Of a stretch of 64,000 nt of DNA, positions 52,801-64,000 are shown in pieces (position 1 is the stretch's first letter; each line of letters opens with the position of its first letter). The translations under genes were made by a program, and so were the position numbers. Source of the stretch: Eledone cirrhosa (Eukaryota); contig CAXHJY010001532.1 in assembly GCA_964016885.1 (NCBI GenBank), positions 1 to 64,000 of the forward strand, read 5' to 3'. The notes under the pieces were generated by a model that was not told where the DNA came from, did not search any database, and saw only the letters and a program-made list of their open reading frames with translations.

Positions 52801-54026
52801 ATTATATATAAGAAACAGACAACCAAGCAAACAAAGGGTCAGGAGGACCCTTGAGTCGTGACATGGGCATGGCAGCTTCCTTAGTTTTGGTGATCTACAG
52901 AATAAATGCACCCAATACAAACTGTAAACGGCATCCAACCATAGAAAACTCACCAGACAAAGGGTCAGGAGGACCCTTTAGTCATGTTAAAGACATGACA
53001 ACCTCCTTAGTGTTGGTGATTTAAATGATAAATGCACCCAGTATACACTGTAAAGGGGTTGGTGATAGGAAGGGTATCCATCTGTAGAAATCTTACCAAA
53101 CAAAGGATTTGGAGGACCCTCAGTTGTGTCAAAGGCATGGCAACCTCTCCTAAGCACTTGATGGAATGTGAGACTGTCCATAGGTGAGACACAGGTCCCT
53201 GGCCTGCCTGGAAGATCAGTGGCTCTGCTTCAATACTGACTTGGTCTATATGGACCCGTCCAACCCATGCTAGCAGAGAAAGCAGACATTAAAATAACAA
53301 TGATGATATGTAATGATGTATATATACGTAATAAGTAATGAGAAAATTTCAGGAGAGGCATTGAATATCATTCAATTGGAATGCTACTTTATGGTGAAGT
53401 AGACTTAGATATAATGTATGAAGTGACTAACTGGCAACTTCCTATCTACCTAGGCTAGAGCACAGCTGTGTACATGGTGGAATCAGGGTGATCCAATTCA
53501 CCAATCTGTCAACACATGGCAAGATGCAGCGAAACATGGGGCAAGATGCAGCGAAACATGGAGCAACATCACACCATCAAATTTTGCGTTAAACTTTAAG
53601 GAAAAAAAAACAAGTAGCCTTTGGGAGTGAATTGATGAGCAAAGCAAGTTTCTACAGATAGTTTAAACGATTTTCTGAAGGAAATGAACACAGATCTGGA
53701 GCACTAAACAGCAAGCAAAAGGAAGAAAATATTGAGGAAGTGCAAGAGTTAGTAAAGTAAGACTGTCAAGCTACTGTGAGGATGAAATCTGAAGCTGTTA
53801 GTAATAGTATTGGCACAATGTAGACAATTCTGATTGGGAGTTCCACAAATTTTGTAAGCATATGAAAATAAATAATGTCTCTTGAAATTTTTCATTACTT
53901 ATTGAACATATATGAGAGAGAGAAAGTGAGTTATACACACACATAAACTTATAAGCATAAGTGTGTGTGTGTGTGTGTGTATATACATATATATATATAT
54001 ATATATAGAGCATAAGTGTGTGTATC

Positions 54027-54076
<50 letters not shown>

Positions 54077-55196
54077 AATAGTTATGCACACAAACATAAT
54101 TATACAATGCATACACACAGAGAGGAAAATTATAAACAATTTAGAAACAGTGAAATATTTAAGACCCACTGTTTAATATTGTATTTTCGCAGTAAAAACT
54201 TTACCTCACATAATATCAAATCTATGAGATTTTGATGTTATTTATTTTGAGAACAATACCTTAATGTCGGTATGAGTGGCCAGTTACGGCCGGTTTGAAC
54301 AGAAAGAGGTTAGAGAACTCTGGCCGGATATAGCTGGTTTAAATGCTAAAGGGTTAATATATAATATGTATCATCATTATCACCACCACCACCATTTTAC
54401 ATGGTGGCATGGATTGGACAGGTTGTCACGATCTAAAACTAGACAGATCAAATTACCATGTTTTCCTCATTTGGGCATGATTTCTATCATTGAATGTCAA
54501 CCACTTTATAATGTACTGAGTGCATTTTATTGTGGCACCAGTACTACCACTTTACTGAGAGTACTTGGTGTCTCTTATTGCAACACCAGCACTACCACTT
54601 TATTAATTTAGCTGATGTATTTAACATGAAACAGGTATTTTCGAAAATATGTTTTCTCAATCAAAACTTTGATAAATAGTAGTTATTTATTCAAAGAAAA
54701 AACCCAAATAAACCGTGTCTTTTAAAAAATATTTGTCAGTTATATAAATTACAAACAAATAAACTGGCTTTAATTTTTTGTCAAGAATTTGAATATATAT
54801 ATTTTAGAGTTATATTAGTCTGACAAATGACCTGATTTGCAAATGTGTGTTGAAACTAAAGTAATTACATAATGGAAAAGTCATTTTAGCAACTAAAACA
54901 CACAAAAACTGTTAAATTTACTTTACATTAATTTCTTTGTGTCAAATTGTTTTTTGCACTGCCTGTGACCTGCTCACTGACAGGTCATTGACACAGTTCC
55001 TCTGCATTGGAGGTTGGAAAGAAACTCTCCACTACACACATCTTTAAATAGTTTACAAATAACACAACATTACATAATAACAATAACAATAAACAACAAA
55101 TAAAAGCTAAACAGTAACCATGTCATGGTGTGTGTAGGGGAGGAGGGCATGTAGAAAGTCCAAGAGAACATGGATTCATAAGAAATCATAACAAAC

Positions 55197-55309
55197 CTTT
55201 GCTTTCCTGGGTTGATTGAATGCTTATCAACCTGTTTATCATATTCTGTTAGAACCTTATCCAAACAGCCATCATCTCCAAATGCACCCCATTCTGTATT
55301 AATTATAAC
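55197..55309 (-). CDS. HK: Hexokinase exon
   Basis: tag|[37 protein letters not shown](R)|gtttgt; 113 nt, phase 0 to 2. Confidence 0.95.
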
Positions 55310-55567
55310 CTAAGAGATAAAAACATAAGAATACAGAACATACAAGATTTATGGAGTAGATTATGCATTTCATAGTTTTTGCATGCTTTTTTTTCTCTAG
55401 CTGGATGCCCTTCCTATCACCATCCACATTACAGAGTGGACTGGGTGTATTTTATCATGGCACCAAAACTAGAGAGGTTGTCCGTGAAGTTTAAAGAGGC
55501 CCCTCAACAGTGTACCAGTTTTTATTCAGAGGAATTGCTCTCCTAGATATATGGACACGTGTGTGTG

Positions 55568-55605
<38 letters not shown>

Positions 55606-55844
55606 AGGTTCTCGTTAATTTTTAATGTTACCTCCATAACTATGTGTTTACACTCTTTACAAATTATCCCCTGTAATTGTTTGATGTGTTTATTTTATAT
55701 ATATATATATATATATATATCAATCAAATTTTAATTTAATGTTAATAAATGTTTAGAATCTTTGAGCTTATTCTACAGGTGGTATGGTGTATGTTTCTGA
55801 TATTCTCAGACATGACATCTTTAATTTAATTTTGGTAGTATATA

Positions 55845-56190
55845 TCATCATTTCATCATCATTTCATTTTACGTCCGCTTTTCCCTGCTTGCAAGGGTGG
55901 GACGGGAACTGATTTTTGGCTTGATTTCTACAGCTGGATGCCCTTCCTAACACCAACCTCATTTACAGTGAGTGCTGGGTGCTTTTTTGCCGTGGCACCT
56001 CCACGACCACTTTGCAGTGGAATGATAGGGACCCCAGTCCCTATCATCTCATTTCTACAGCTGAGTAAACTGGAGCAATGTGAAATAAAGTGTCTTGCTC
56101 AAGGAAACAACACATCACCCGGTCTGAGAATTGAACTCACAACCTTTCGATTGCAAGGCCAATGCTCTAACCACTAAGCCATGTGCCTCC
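55845..56190 (-). mobile_element. tRNA-derived SINE, family 1
   Basis: Near-identical to 35517-35917 and 40465-40802. Confidence 0.87.
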
Positions 56191-57646
56191 ATATATATAT
56201 ATATATATACACATATATATATATATATATACACATATATATACCCTGGTTTTAGAATAGATGCATGGTATCCTTGTGTGTTGTCAAAGACTAAAATGAT
56301 TGACATCAGGAAGAGCATCTTGCTGTAAAACATTACCATAAACCATCCCCTCCAATCCATGCCGGTGAGTAGATGCAATGGTAATAATATATATATTGAT
56401 AAACTCTAAGTCTTGCCAACCGAGTAGAATATTGCTTCACTGAAGAGATCTAATAAGACCAAAACATGTCCATAGTGTTCATCAATTGTTTTTAACCCTT
56501 TCATTACCATATTTCTAATGACAGACACTGCCTATGTTGTTTAACCCTTTCATTACCATATTTCTAATGAAAGACACAGTCTATGATTTTGAAATAATTT
56601 TGAAAATAATGAAATATTTAGACTGATTAAGTGACATAACTAACTTTCTCGCTATTAAGATGTTATTTGGAACATAAAAGCTTCTTACATACAATTATGA
56701 TAGGTTTTAAAATAAATATAAATGCATTAAAATATATCCTAGAACCAGGGACGGTTTCAAGAAATTTGGTATCAAAAGGGTAAAGGAATTACGAAGTAAG
56801 TTAGAAGTTGATACATTTCATGACTATGTTCTTGGGTGTTTTAATGATAGGGGTCCCAGTCCTACCATGTTGTTATTACAGCTCACACCTATGTAGGTTT
56901 AGCTGACCTCCTAAAAATCTGTATCTCTTAAGAGGTTTCTTGTGTTTAGTTGGCGTCTTATAAGGTTGTATCTCTTTAGGTTTTGTGGGTATTTTAATGA
57001 CAGGGCCCCCAGTTTTATTTTGTTACAGCTCACACATATGTAGGTTTAGCTGGTCTCTTACAATAAAATTAAGTGTCTAACTCAAGAACAATGCACCACT
57101 TGACCCTGGAATTGAGTGCAGGACCTTGTGAGCCCAATACCCTTTTGTGACTGTATTTCCAATGAAATAAATTCCAAATAATTGATGAAGAATTTTGAAG
57201 GCTTTACTAAAATTATTTCATTAAGATGTTACGTTTTGTTACCATATTTTTAATGAAACATACTACCAATGTGCAGCAAATAATTTTGAAAATATTCAAA
57301 AATTTTCAGAGATTTTCCCATTGTTCTTTGGAACATAAAGGTTTTTACATAAAATTATGATGGAAGGGTTTTAGATAAATATAAATAATGTAAAACAAAT
57401 AGTTTTGTATCATAGATTCAAAGGTGGTTTCAGAGGGTTAGGTATAAAAAAGGATAAAACAAGGTTCTTAAATGAAATTATGACAGATAATTTTAATTAG
57501 GAACTTTTTGAAATGAGTGGTTTTTGTTTCATAGAACCAGAGTAGATTTTGGTCAAGTTGGTATCAAAAGGGTTGGAAGTCATGAGATATAAAGAAAATA
57601 AGAGATTTATGGTGCTAAAATCAACTGAAAAGAAAGATGAACTCAC

Positions 57647-57726
57647 TTGTTTTGGCTCATTTTTATCTTCGTTCCAAAGGTCTACATTCTCTAGCCTCTC
57701 AATATAACAAGCATTAGAACCTGTAC
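57647..57726 (-). CDS. HK: Hexokinase exon
   Basis: cag|(G)TGSNACYIERLENVDLWNEDKNEPKQ|gtgagt; 80 nt, phase 1 to 0. Confidence 0.95.
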
Positions 57727-57834
57727 CTGAAAATATATATTATATTTGGATTCTTTTACTTGTTATCAGAATGGTCCGTGGATGAGCAGTATATCATTTG
57801 AAGAGATGAAAACAATGAATTACTGGATGCACTG

Positions 57835-58250
57835 ACACTACAACTTTACAGAGTGGACTGGGTGTTATTTTAATATGGCATCAGCACAGAGTGGACTGGG
57901 TGTATTTTATCATGACACCAGCACTACCACTTTACAGGGTGGACTGTGTACATTTTATAATGATACCAGCACTACCACTTTACAGAGTAGGCTGGGTGTA
58001 TTTTAATGACACCAGCTTTACCATTTTACAAAGTGAACTGGGTGTATTTTAATATGACACCAGCACTACTACTTTACAGAGTGGGCTGGTGGTGTATTTT
58101 ATCATAGCACCAGCATTATCATTTTACATAGTGGACTGTGTGCATTTTATCATGATACCAGCACTATCACTTTACAGCATAGACTGGGTATATTTTATCA
58201 TGGTTCAGCACTATCACTTTACAGAGTGTACTGAGTGCATTTTATTATAG
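57835..58250. repeat. ~45-bp minisatellite, about 9 copies, filling most of a hexokinase intron
   Basis: cagcactaccactttacagagtggactgggtgtattttatcatgacac units; the same unit occurs in SINE bodies and at 54500-54605 and 63035-63290. Confidence 0.85.
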
Positions 58251-58365
58251 TTTCAGTCTGCTATAATTTTTATGGCAACGGGGTTTTGGGAAAGAACATG
58301 AGATCCAATTCTGCCAACCACCAGCCTGTAGTAATCAATGAAGAAATAAAAAAAAAACTACTTAC

Positions 58366-58465
58366 CCAAAATAATACCAATGGAACACATACGGTCACTG
58401 TGGGCGCACGACATTAGGGCCCCAACAGTATCGTTGATCACAGCCACACATTTAATATTTAGTTC
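58366..58465 (-). CDS. HK: Hexokinase exon with the catalytic NDT motif
   Basis: aag|ELNIKCVAVINDTVGALMSCAHSDRMCSIGIIL(G)|gtaag; 100 nt, phase 0 to 1. Confidence 0.95.
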
Positions 58466-59117
58466 CTTAAAAAAAAGGGTAAACAAATATTAAAAACAAA
58501 ACATTTTCTGGTGTACAAGACACATTTTTTATAAAAGATTTGGTTGTCAAACTGCTTGTGTCCCATACACCAATAATAATAATAATGGTTTCTGATTTAG
58601 GCACAAGACCAACAGTTTGAAGGGGAGAAGAAAGTCGATTAAATCGACCCCAGTGTGTTACTGGTACTTCATTTTATCGACCTTGTAAGGATGAAAGGCT
58701 AAGTCAACCTCGGTGGGATTTGAACTCAGAACATAATGGGCTGTAACTCTATGCTGCGAAACATGGTGTCCAATAATAACAATGACGATTTTTTTTATTT
58801 GCCACAAGGGTACTGAATGAGGGGACATTACAAAGACAAATTACACAAAGTGTGGGGGTTTACATAGAAATTGAAGACAGGTTGGGGAAACACGTTTAGC
58901 GAATGGCGACCACACCTGTTCACCAAATGTTGGAGATATAACCTCAGTGCATGTTTGTGCCTCATCAGCCATGGCAAGCCCAGTCTGCTACACAGCAGGT
59001 GTTGACAACAAATAGGCCACCTGACATTTGGAATGCATCCCTTCCACAAAAAGCAAAAATGCAGGCACTCCAATATGGTCAGATGTGAACCAGGACAAAG
59101 CACTGCAGTCAGATGGT

Positions 59118-59170
<53 letters not shown>

Positions 59171-59811
59171 CCATACATACATACACAATCACCACATGTG
59201 CTTGTTTGAGACCTGAGAGTAAGTACTGGCTTGGTCTGAGATGATCCATCCAAAACATTCTAGCCGGGAGAATTGAGCCTCTGTCGCTTCTGACAAGTCC
59301 TCCAGTTGATTCAATCCAAACGACAGAATTGCTTGCTCGTGAAATTAACGTGTAAGTGGCTGAGCATTCCAAAACATGTGCACCCTCAACATAGTTCTCA
59401 GAGTGATTCAGCATGACACAATGTGAGACAAGGCTGGCCTCTAAGAACTCCTTTTTGCCAGCTGAATAAACTGGAGCAACATGAAATAAAGTTTCTAACT
59501 CTTTGAAATAATTGTTTCTACTTTTGGCACAAAGCCAGCAATTACCCCAGTGCATTAATGGTGCTTTATTTTATCGACCCAGTAAGGATAAAAGGCAAAG
59601 TTAACCTCAGTGGGATTTGAACTCAGACTGTAAAGGGATGTAACTGTGCTGCAAAGCATGGCACCCAACTCTACCGATACTGCCAATCCAACTCTTTGAA
59701 ATAATGTCTTTAAATACTGGAAAAAAGTATAAAACTTTAAATTTCTATTACTCTATTCTTAAAGCAACAGTATATAATGCAATGTCCTGCACTGAAATAA
59801 CATGTCTTTAA

Positions 59812-60022
59812 CCCTTTAGCATTTAAACCGGCTGTATCTGGCCAGAATTCTCTCACCTCTTTCTGTTCAAACTGACTGCTCATACTGATGTTAAGGTATT
59901 GTTCTCAAAATAAATACTATCAAAATCTCATAGATTCAATATTATGTGAGATAATTATTTGAAATAAAGTGTTTACTGTGAAAATACAATAGTAAATATA
60001 GAGTAATGTAAATGCTAAAGGG
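59812..60022. mobile_element. piggyBac-like MITE
   Basis: 14-bp TIRs ccctttagcattta / taaatgctaaaggg flanked by TTAA at 59808-59811 and 60023-60026. A partial opposite-orientation copy lies at about 54160-54356. Confidence 0.85.
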
Positions 60023-60724
60023 TTAAATCCTGGAAAACAGTATTGAAATAATATTTCTTCAAATCTACTTTGACACACAATATTTTTGATGAAACTGCCC
60101 TTCTGATACAGGAGAACTTCTAAATAAGGAGTCAAGAAACCCAACAGTTCCACAGTCCCCTTGCCCACCAAAAGCAAGTGTCCTGGCCATAAAAAGTTTT
60201 CTTAAAAACAGGGGTGTGTTTTAGATTCCAGACAGTGCAGTTAGTTTGAAAGTGTCTTTTGTCTTTCTCTTACGTCAGCAAAAGTTCAACCAGTCATGTG
60301 TCATTCTCACGCACACACTTACACAGAATGACACACGGACACTCACATAGACAGACATAGACATTTACACACAAACTCCATTTGAAATCTCGGAGAATTA
60401 AGAGTCTAAATAATGAATATTGAAACAGGTTTGTACACATAACATCTGTGAAAACAAGACATATCTAACAACTCTCTCTCTCTCTACTGTCAGTCATTCA
60501 AACATGTCTTTAGAGAGGGAGAACTTAAGACATATCTTTAACTTGAGAGAGAATATGAGAGAGGAGAGGGAAAAAGAATGAGGAAGTGAGAGAGAGGGAG
60601 AAAGAGGAAGTGTGAGGGAGAGAGAGAGAGAGAGATAGAGAGAGAAAGAGGAAGTGTGAGAAAGAAAGAAAGAGGAAGTGAGAGAGAGAGAGCAATGTAT
60701 AACTATATAACAGTATATGGGTAG

Positions 60725-60766
<42 letters not shown>

Positions 60767-60989
60767 TTCTTATTTTGCTACTCTGTGCTGATGATGTCCA
60801 CACATGTAAATTAACACATGAAAAGTCAGCACCATTACTACTTTGACATCATTGAATGATGAGTAGATAATGTTTTAATCTCTATTTTTTTTCAATAATT
60901 AAAACATTTATTGAAAGAAATGAAAATATGAGCAATAATACAATAGAAAGAAAAAATACAAAAAAGAAATAAAAAGGAAATAGGCGGTA

Positions 60990-61601
60990 TATATCAGCTG
61001 TGCCCCATAGACAAAATGACAAAGGTATTGTCACATAGAACGGCCAGTGACACCCGCTGCATCAGCTGCACTATTTCATGGAGCACCTTGCTCAGGTGGG
61101 ATGCACTCATCACGATTTTACAGAGGAAATCAGCTGTTTGGGGTCTAGGGACACCCAAGGTCTCAATGGTAAAAGGTATAAAAAAGAATCAGTCGGTTAG
61201 GAATTTGGCTGTCTTCCTCGCCCCCATGTTACAGGCAGTGGCACCTAGATTTGTGACCCAAGCGATAAGGTTGAAGGGCAGGGAACATGTTGCAGAATGT
61301 AGTATCCCAGATTAGTGATATATCTCCCAGAACGGGAACAGAGTTATCCCATCTAGGTGCTTACCATCGCCAAGGACAAGGCTGGCAGGCTCCAGTTGTG
61401 ACGGGAAACTGGTCACGTCAAGGGTCTTTCTGATGACACCATTCAAAACCGTGTGTCAAGGGAACCTACCTGTACTGTAGTGGCAAGAGAGCAGGTGTAG
61501 TCCAAACTCATTGACCATGGCACCATCTGATATAATATGGTTCATACATGAGGAGGTCAAGATGCTGTGCTACTCCGATGAAAAAAATGGACATAAAACG
61601 G

Positions 61602-61644
<43 letters not shown>

Positions 61645-62300
61645 ACTTGTGCTTTGGTTTTTATAACACTGATTTTCCATCGACTCTAAATATGTTAGTA
61701 TGATCATATTTTTAATTTTCCTCTTAGTCTCGTATTGGTGGTGTGAGCTAATAATAATAATAATAATTGTTTCTACTTTTAGCACAAGGCCAGCAATTAC
61801 CCAGTACATTACTGGTACTTTATTTTATCGATCCCGTAAGGATGAAAGGCAAAGTTAACCTCAGCGGGATTTGCACTCAGATTATAAAGGGACGTAACTA
61901 TGCTGGAAAGAATGGCGCCCGACAATAATAATAAGGTTTTTACTTTTAGCAGAAGGCCAGCAATTATCCCAGTTCATTACTGGTAATAACACACATGTAC
62001 AGTATATATACTTAAGCACCCCCACCCCCCAATCCCCAAACTGTAACGGTTTGGCTGTGAGACAGTGATGGTCTAGGGAAGACCTGGTCAGCATAAAGGT
62101 TGACATGCACTTGATGTCATTCCAGTTGTGTTGGAAACCTGCATACTGGGGGATAGTAAGGCCATCAATCCAAACAGTCAGTGTTGACACAAGTTCCTGG
62201 TTCACACCAGGTTCTGGTGTCTTATGGCTAAAGATGACAGAAGACATGTAGGTTGGCAGTACCAGGCCACCAAACTTCATGGGGAGTTTCACTTGATGGT
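60990..62300 (-). mobile_element. Decayed CRE-like non-LTR retrotransposon (RT C-end and restriction-like endonuclease), split by a SINE and (GAT)n
   Basis: QVKLPMKFGGL..FQHNWND (62300-62100); GLHLLSCHYSTGRFP.HTVLNGVIRKTL..LEPASLVLGDGKHLDGITLFPF (61510-61330); AIETLG-like segment near 61170-61150. Confidence 0.65.
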
Positions 62301-62614
62301 TGTAGTGATAATGGTTATGTTGGTGGTGAAGGTGGCAGTAATGTTGATAGTTGTATTGGTGATGATGATGATAGTGATAACCATAATGATAATAATTTAG
62401 TGAGAACAGTAACATAGCATGATTTAAAATAAGAAAGGTGTATGTGGAGCTATATAGAATATGTTTATATATTTTAACTAAATGTATGTTTAGTGTACAT
62501 AAAAGTATTGTATAGGAGTTTACATATGCCTTTATTTTGGTGATGGCAAGTCTAAATATACTTACTATTAACAAAAAAAATATATAAAGATGAGAAGTAA
62601 TTCTTAATACTCAC

Positions 62615-62830
62615 TCCTTTCCGCTTTATTGCAGCATGTAGTAACTCAACAATATTTTTTCCCTCCACTCCTTCACACTTAAATCCTTTAGTCCAAGTGG
62701 TAAGAATAGCTTTATCAAGACCTTCTTGACGACAAGGAAATGAAAATGTGAAACCCAGAGGTAAATATTGTGTCAACAGCTGCTGCTCTTTCACAAATTT
62801 ATATATACATTCTGCTATGTGATCAAATAG
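62615..62830 (-). CDS. HK: Hexokinase exon (sugar-binding signature)
   Basis: cag|LFDHIAECIYKFVKEQQLLTQYLPLGFTFSFPCRQEGLDKAILTTWTKGFKCEGVEGKNIVELLHAAIKRKG|gtgagt; 216 nt, phase 0 to 0. Confidence 0.97.
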
Positions 62831-63400
62831 CTGGAAAAAAATAATAAAACCCAAGAAAATGAGTATAAAGATAAAGATTTATTCAATATACAACAACAAA
62901 CATTCGCTAACCTATTTCTAATGAAAGACCATGCCTATAATTTTAATTTTGAAAATAATCAAATATTTGGAGGAATTTAGTAATATAACTTTCTCGTTAT
63001 TAATCCTTTTATGGGGATATTTCTAAGAAATACTGCCACTTTACAGAGTGTATTTTTTATCATGTACAAACATAAACACTACAGAATGTACTGGGTGTAT
63101 TTTATCATGGTACCATCATTAGGGAGGTTGCCATATCCTTCACTGAAGAGTCTTTCCTCTCAACTCATTGTTTGGCATGACTTCTACAGATGGATGCCCT
63201 TCTTAAGACCAACCATTTACAGAGTTCAGTAGGTGTATTTTATCATGTCACCAACACTACCACTTTACAGAGTGTACTGGGTGTGTTTCATTATATTATG
63301 GTTAATGTGATTTAACTGAATTGTCATCTTTTAATTGTTTACAATTATCAAACAAAACAAAAAGACAAACGGAGGGTCAATAAAAGCTGCTCCTACTTAC

Positions 63401-63540
63401 TTCGGTTCCAGTCCCAGACATAATTTTCTGAGGTATCAGAAAAATCTTACTCTCCATGTGTGTGTCCTGCCCGTCAAGTTTGATATGAAGCACACGGAAG
63501 TTTGTGCCACCTAGATCAAGAGCTAGGAAGTCTCCAACCT
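63401..63540 (-). CDS. HK: Hexokinase exon (phosphate-1 motif); the gene continues beyond the window
   Basis: tag|(E)[46 protein letters not shown]|gtaag; 140 nt, phase 1 to 0. Confidence 0.97.
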
Positions 63541-63900
63541 CTAAAAAATAAAATAAAATTGAAAAATCAAAAAAAATATATAAAACATAAGATATTCTTG
63601 AGCACTCATAAAAAAATGTTTACCTCAATATACAAATTTTTAAACATTAACTTTTTGATATCAACCCAGCCAATATCAGCCCTGGTTCTATGAAACAAAA
63701 CAAACCCTTTTAAAGGCTTCCTATTTAACCCCTTTAATACCCACCCAGCCAAAACCAGATCTGGTTCTATGAAATAAACTGAACCATTTTTAAAGGGTTT
63801 TATGTAACCTTTTTTTATATGAATCTGGCCAAAAGCAGCTCTGGTTCTATGAAACATAACCAACCATTTTAAAGGGATCCTATCTAAATTATTATCTTCC

Positions 63901-64000
63901 AACTCCAAGGCTTCTATCGACTTTTAGTGCTCTGCACCTTTTTATGCAGCTGTCATCCTTCATCCGCATCACATGTCCATACTAACGTAACCTCCTCTCC
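63901..64000 (-). mobile_element. RTE LINE 3' fragment
   Basis: YGHVMRMKDDSCIKRCRALKVD, homologous to ORF 7795..8166. Confidence 0.8.

Noticed and set aside
56115-56190. tRNA genes at SINE heads
   Set aside because: A/B-box-like heads continue into SINE bodies with LINE tails and do not form a full cloverleaf.
57835-58250. CRISPR-like appearance of regular short repeats (also 51450-51635 and 21808-22215)
   Set aside because: Units are contiguous tandem copies without unique spacers, the context is eukaryotic, and there are no cas genes.
61882-62574. 230-aa His-rich ORF as a host gene or alternative hexokinase exon
   Set aside because: Composite of a CAT/CAC simple repeat, a CRE relic and a SINE end; the flanking hexokinase exons already join in phase.

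Overview
AT-rich, microsatellite-rich eukaryotic DNA. The SINE/RTE repertoire and (TA)n load suggest a cephalopod (octopus-like) genome, which is an inference. The window has two compartments. (1) About 1-41 kb is a nest of retroelements separated by (TA)n tracts: Penelope-like elements (PLEs) of two types (one near-complete RYLDD-type element and several YRDD/Naiad-like pieces), two RTE LINEs, a non-autonomous Helitron, and many short PLE terminal fragments. Hand-folding finds about 18 type I hammerhead ribozyme motifs here on both strands. Many have family-specific palindromic stem III, several carry a U3-A8 core covariation, and some sit in fold-back inverted repeats. (2) About 48.6-63.5 kb holds nine minus-strand exons of a hexokinase gene (5' exons lie beyond the window); all junctions are GT-AG and in phase. 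Its introns contain SINEs, MITEs, and CR1, mariner and CRE relics. The main leads are the hammerhead landscape, a candidate -1 frameshift (U UUU UUA) joining two ORFs of the large PLE, and a C4HC3 PHD-like finger inside the RT region of both RTE LINEs. Coordinates were read by eye; repeat boundaries are approximate.
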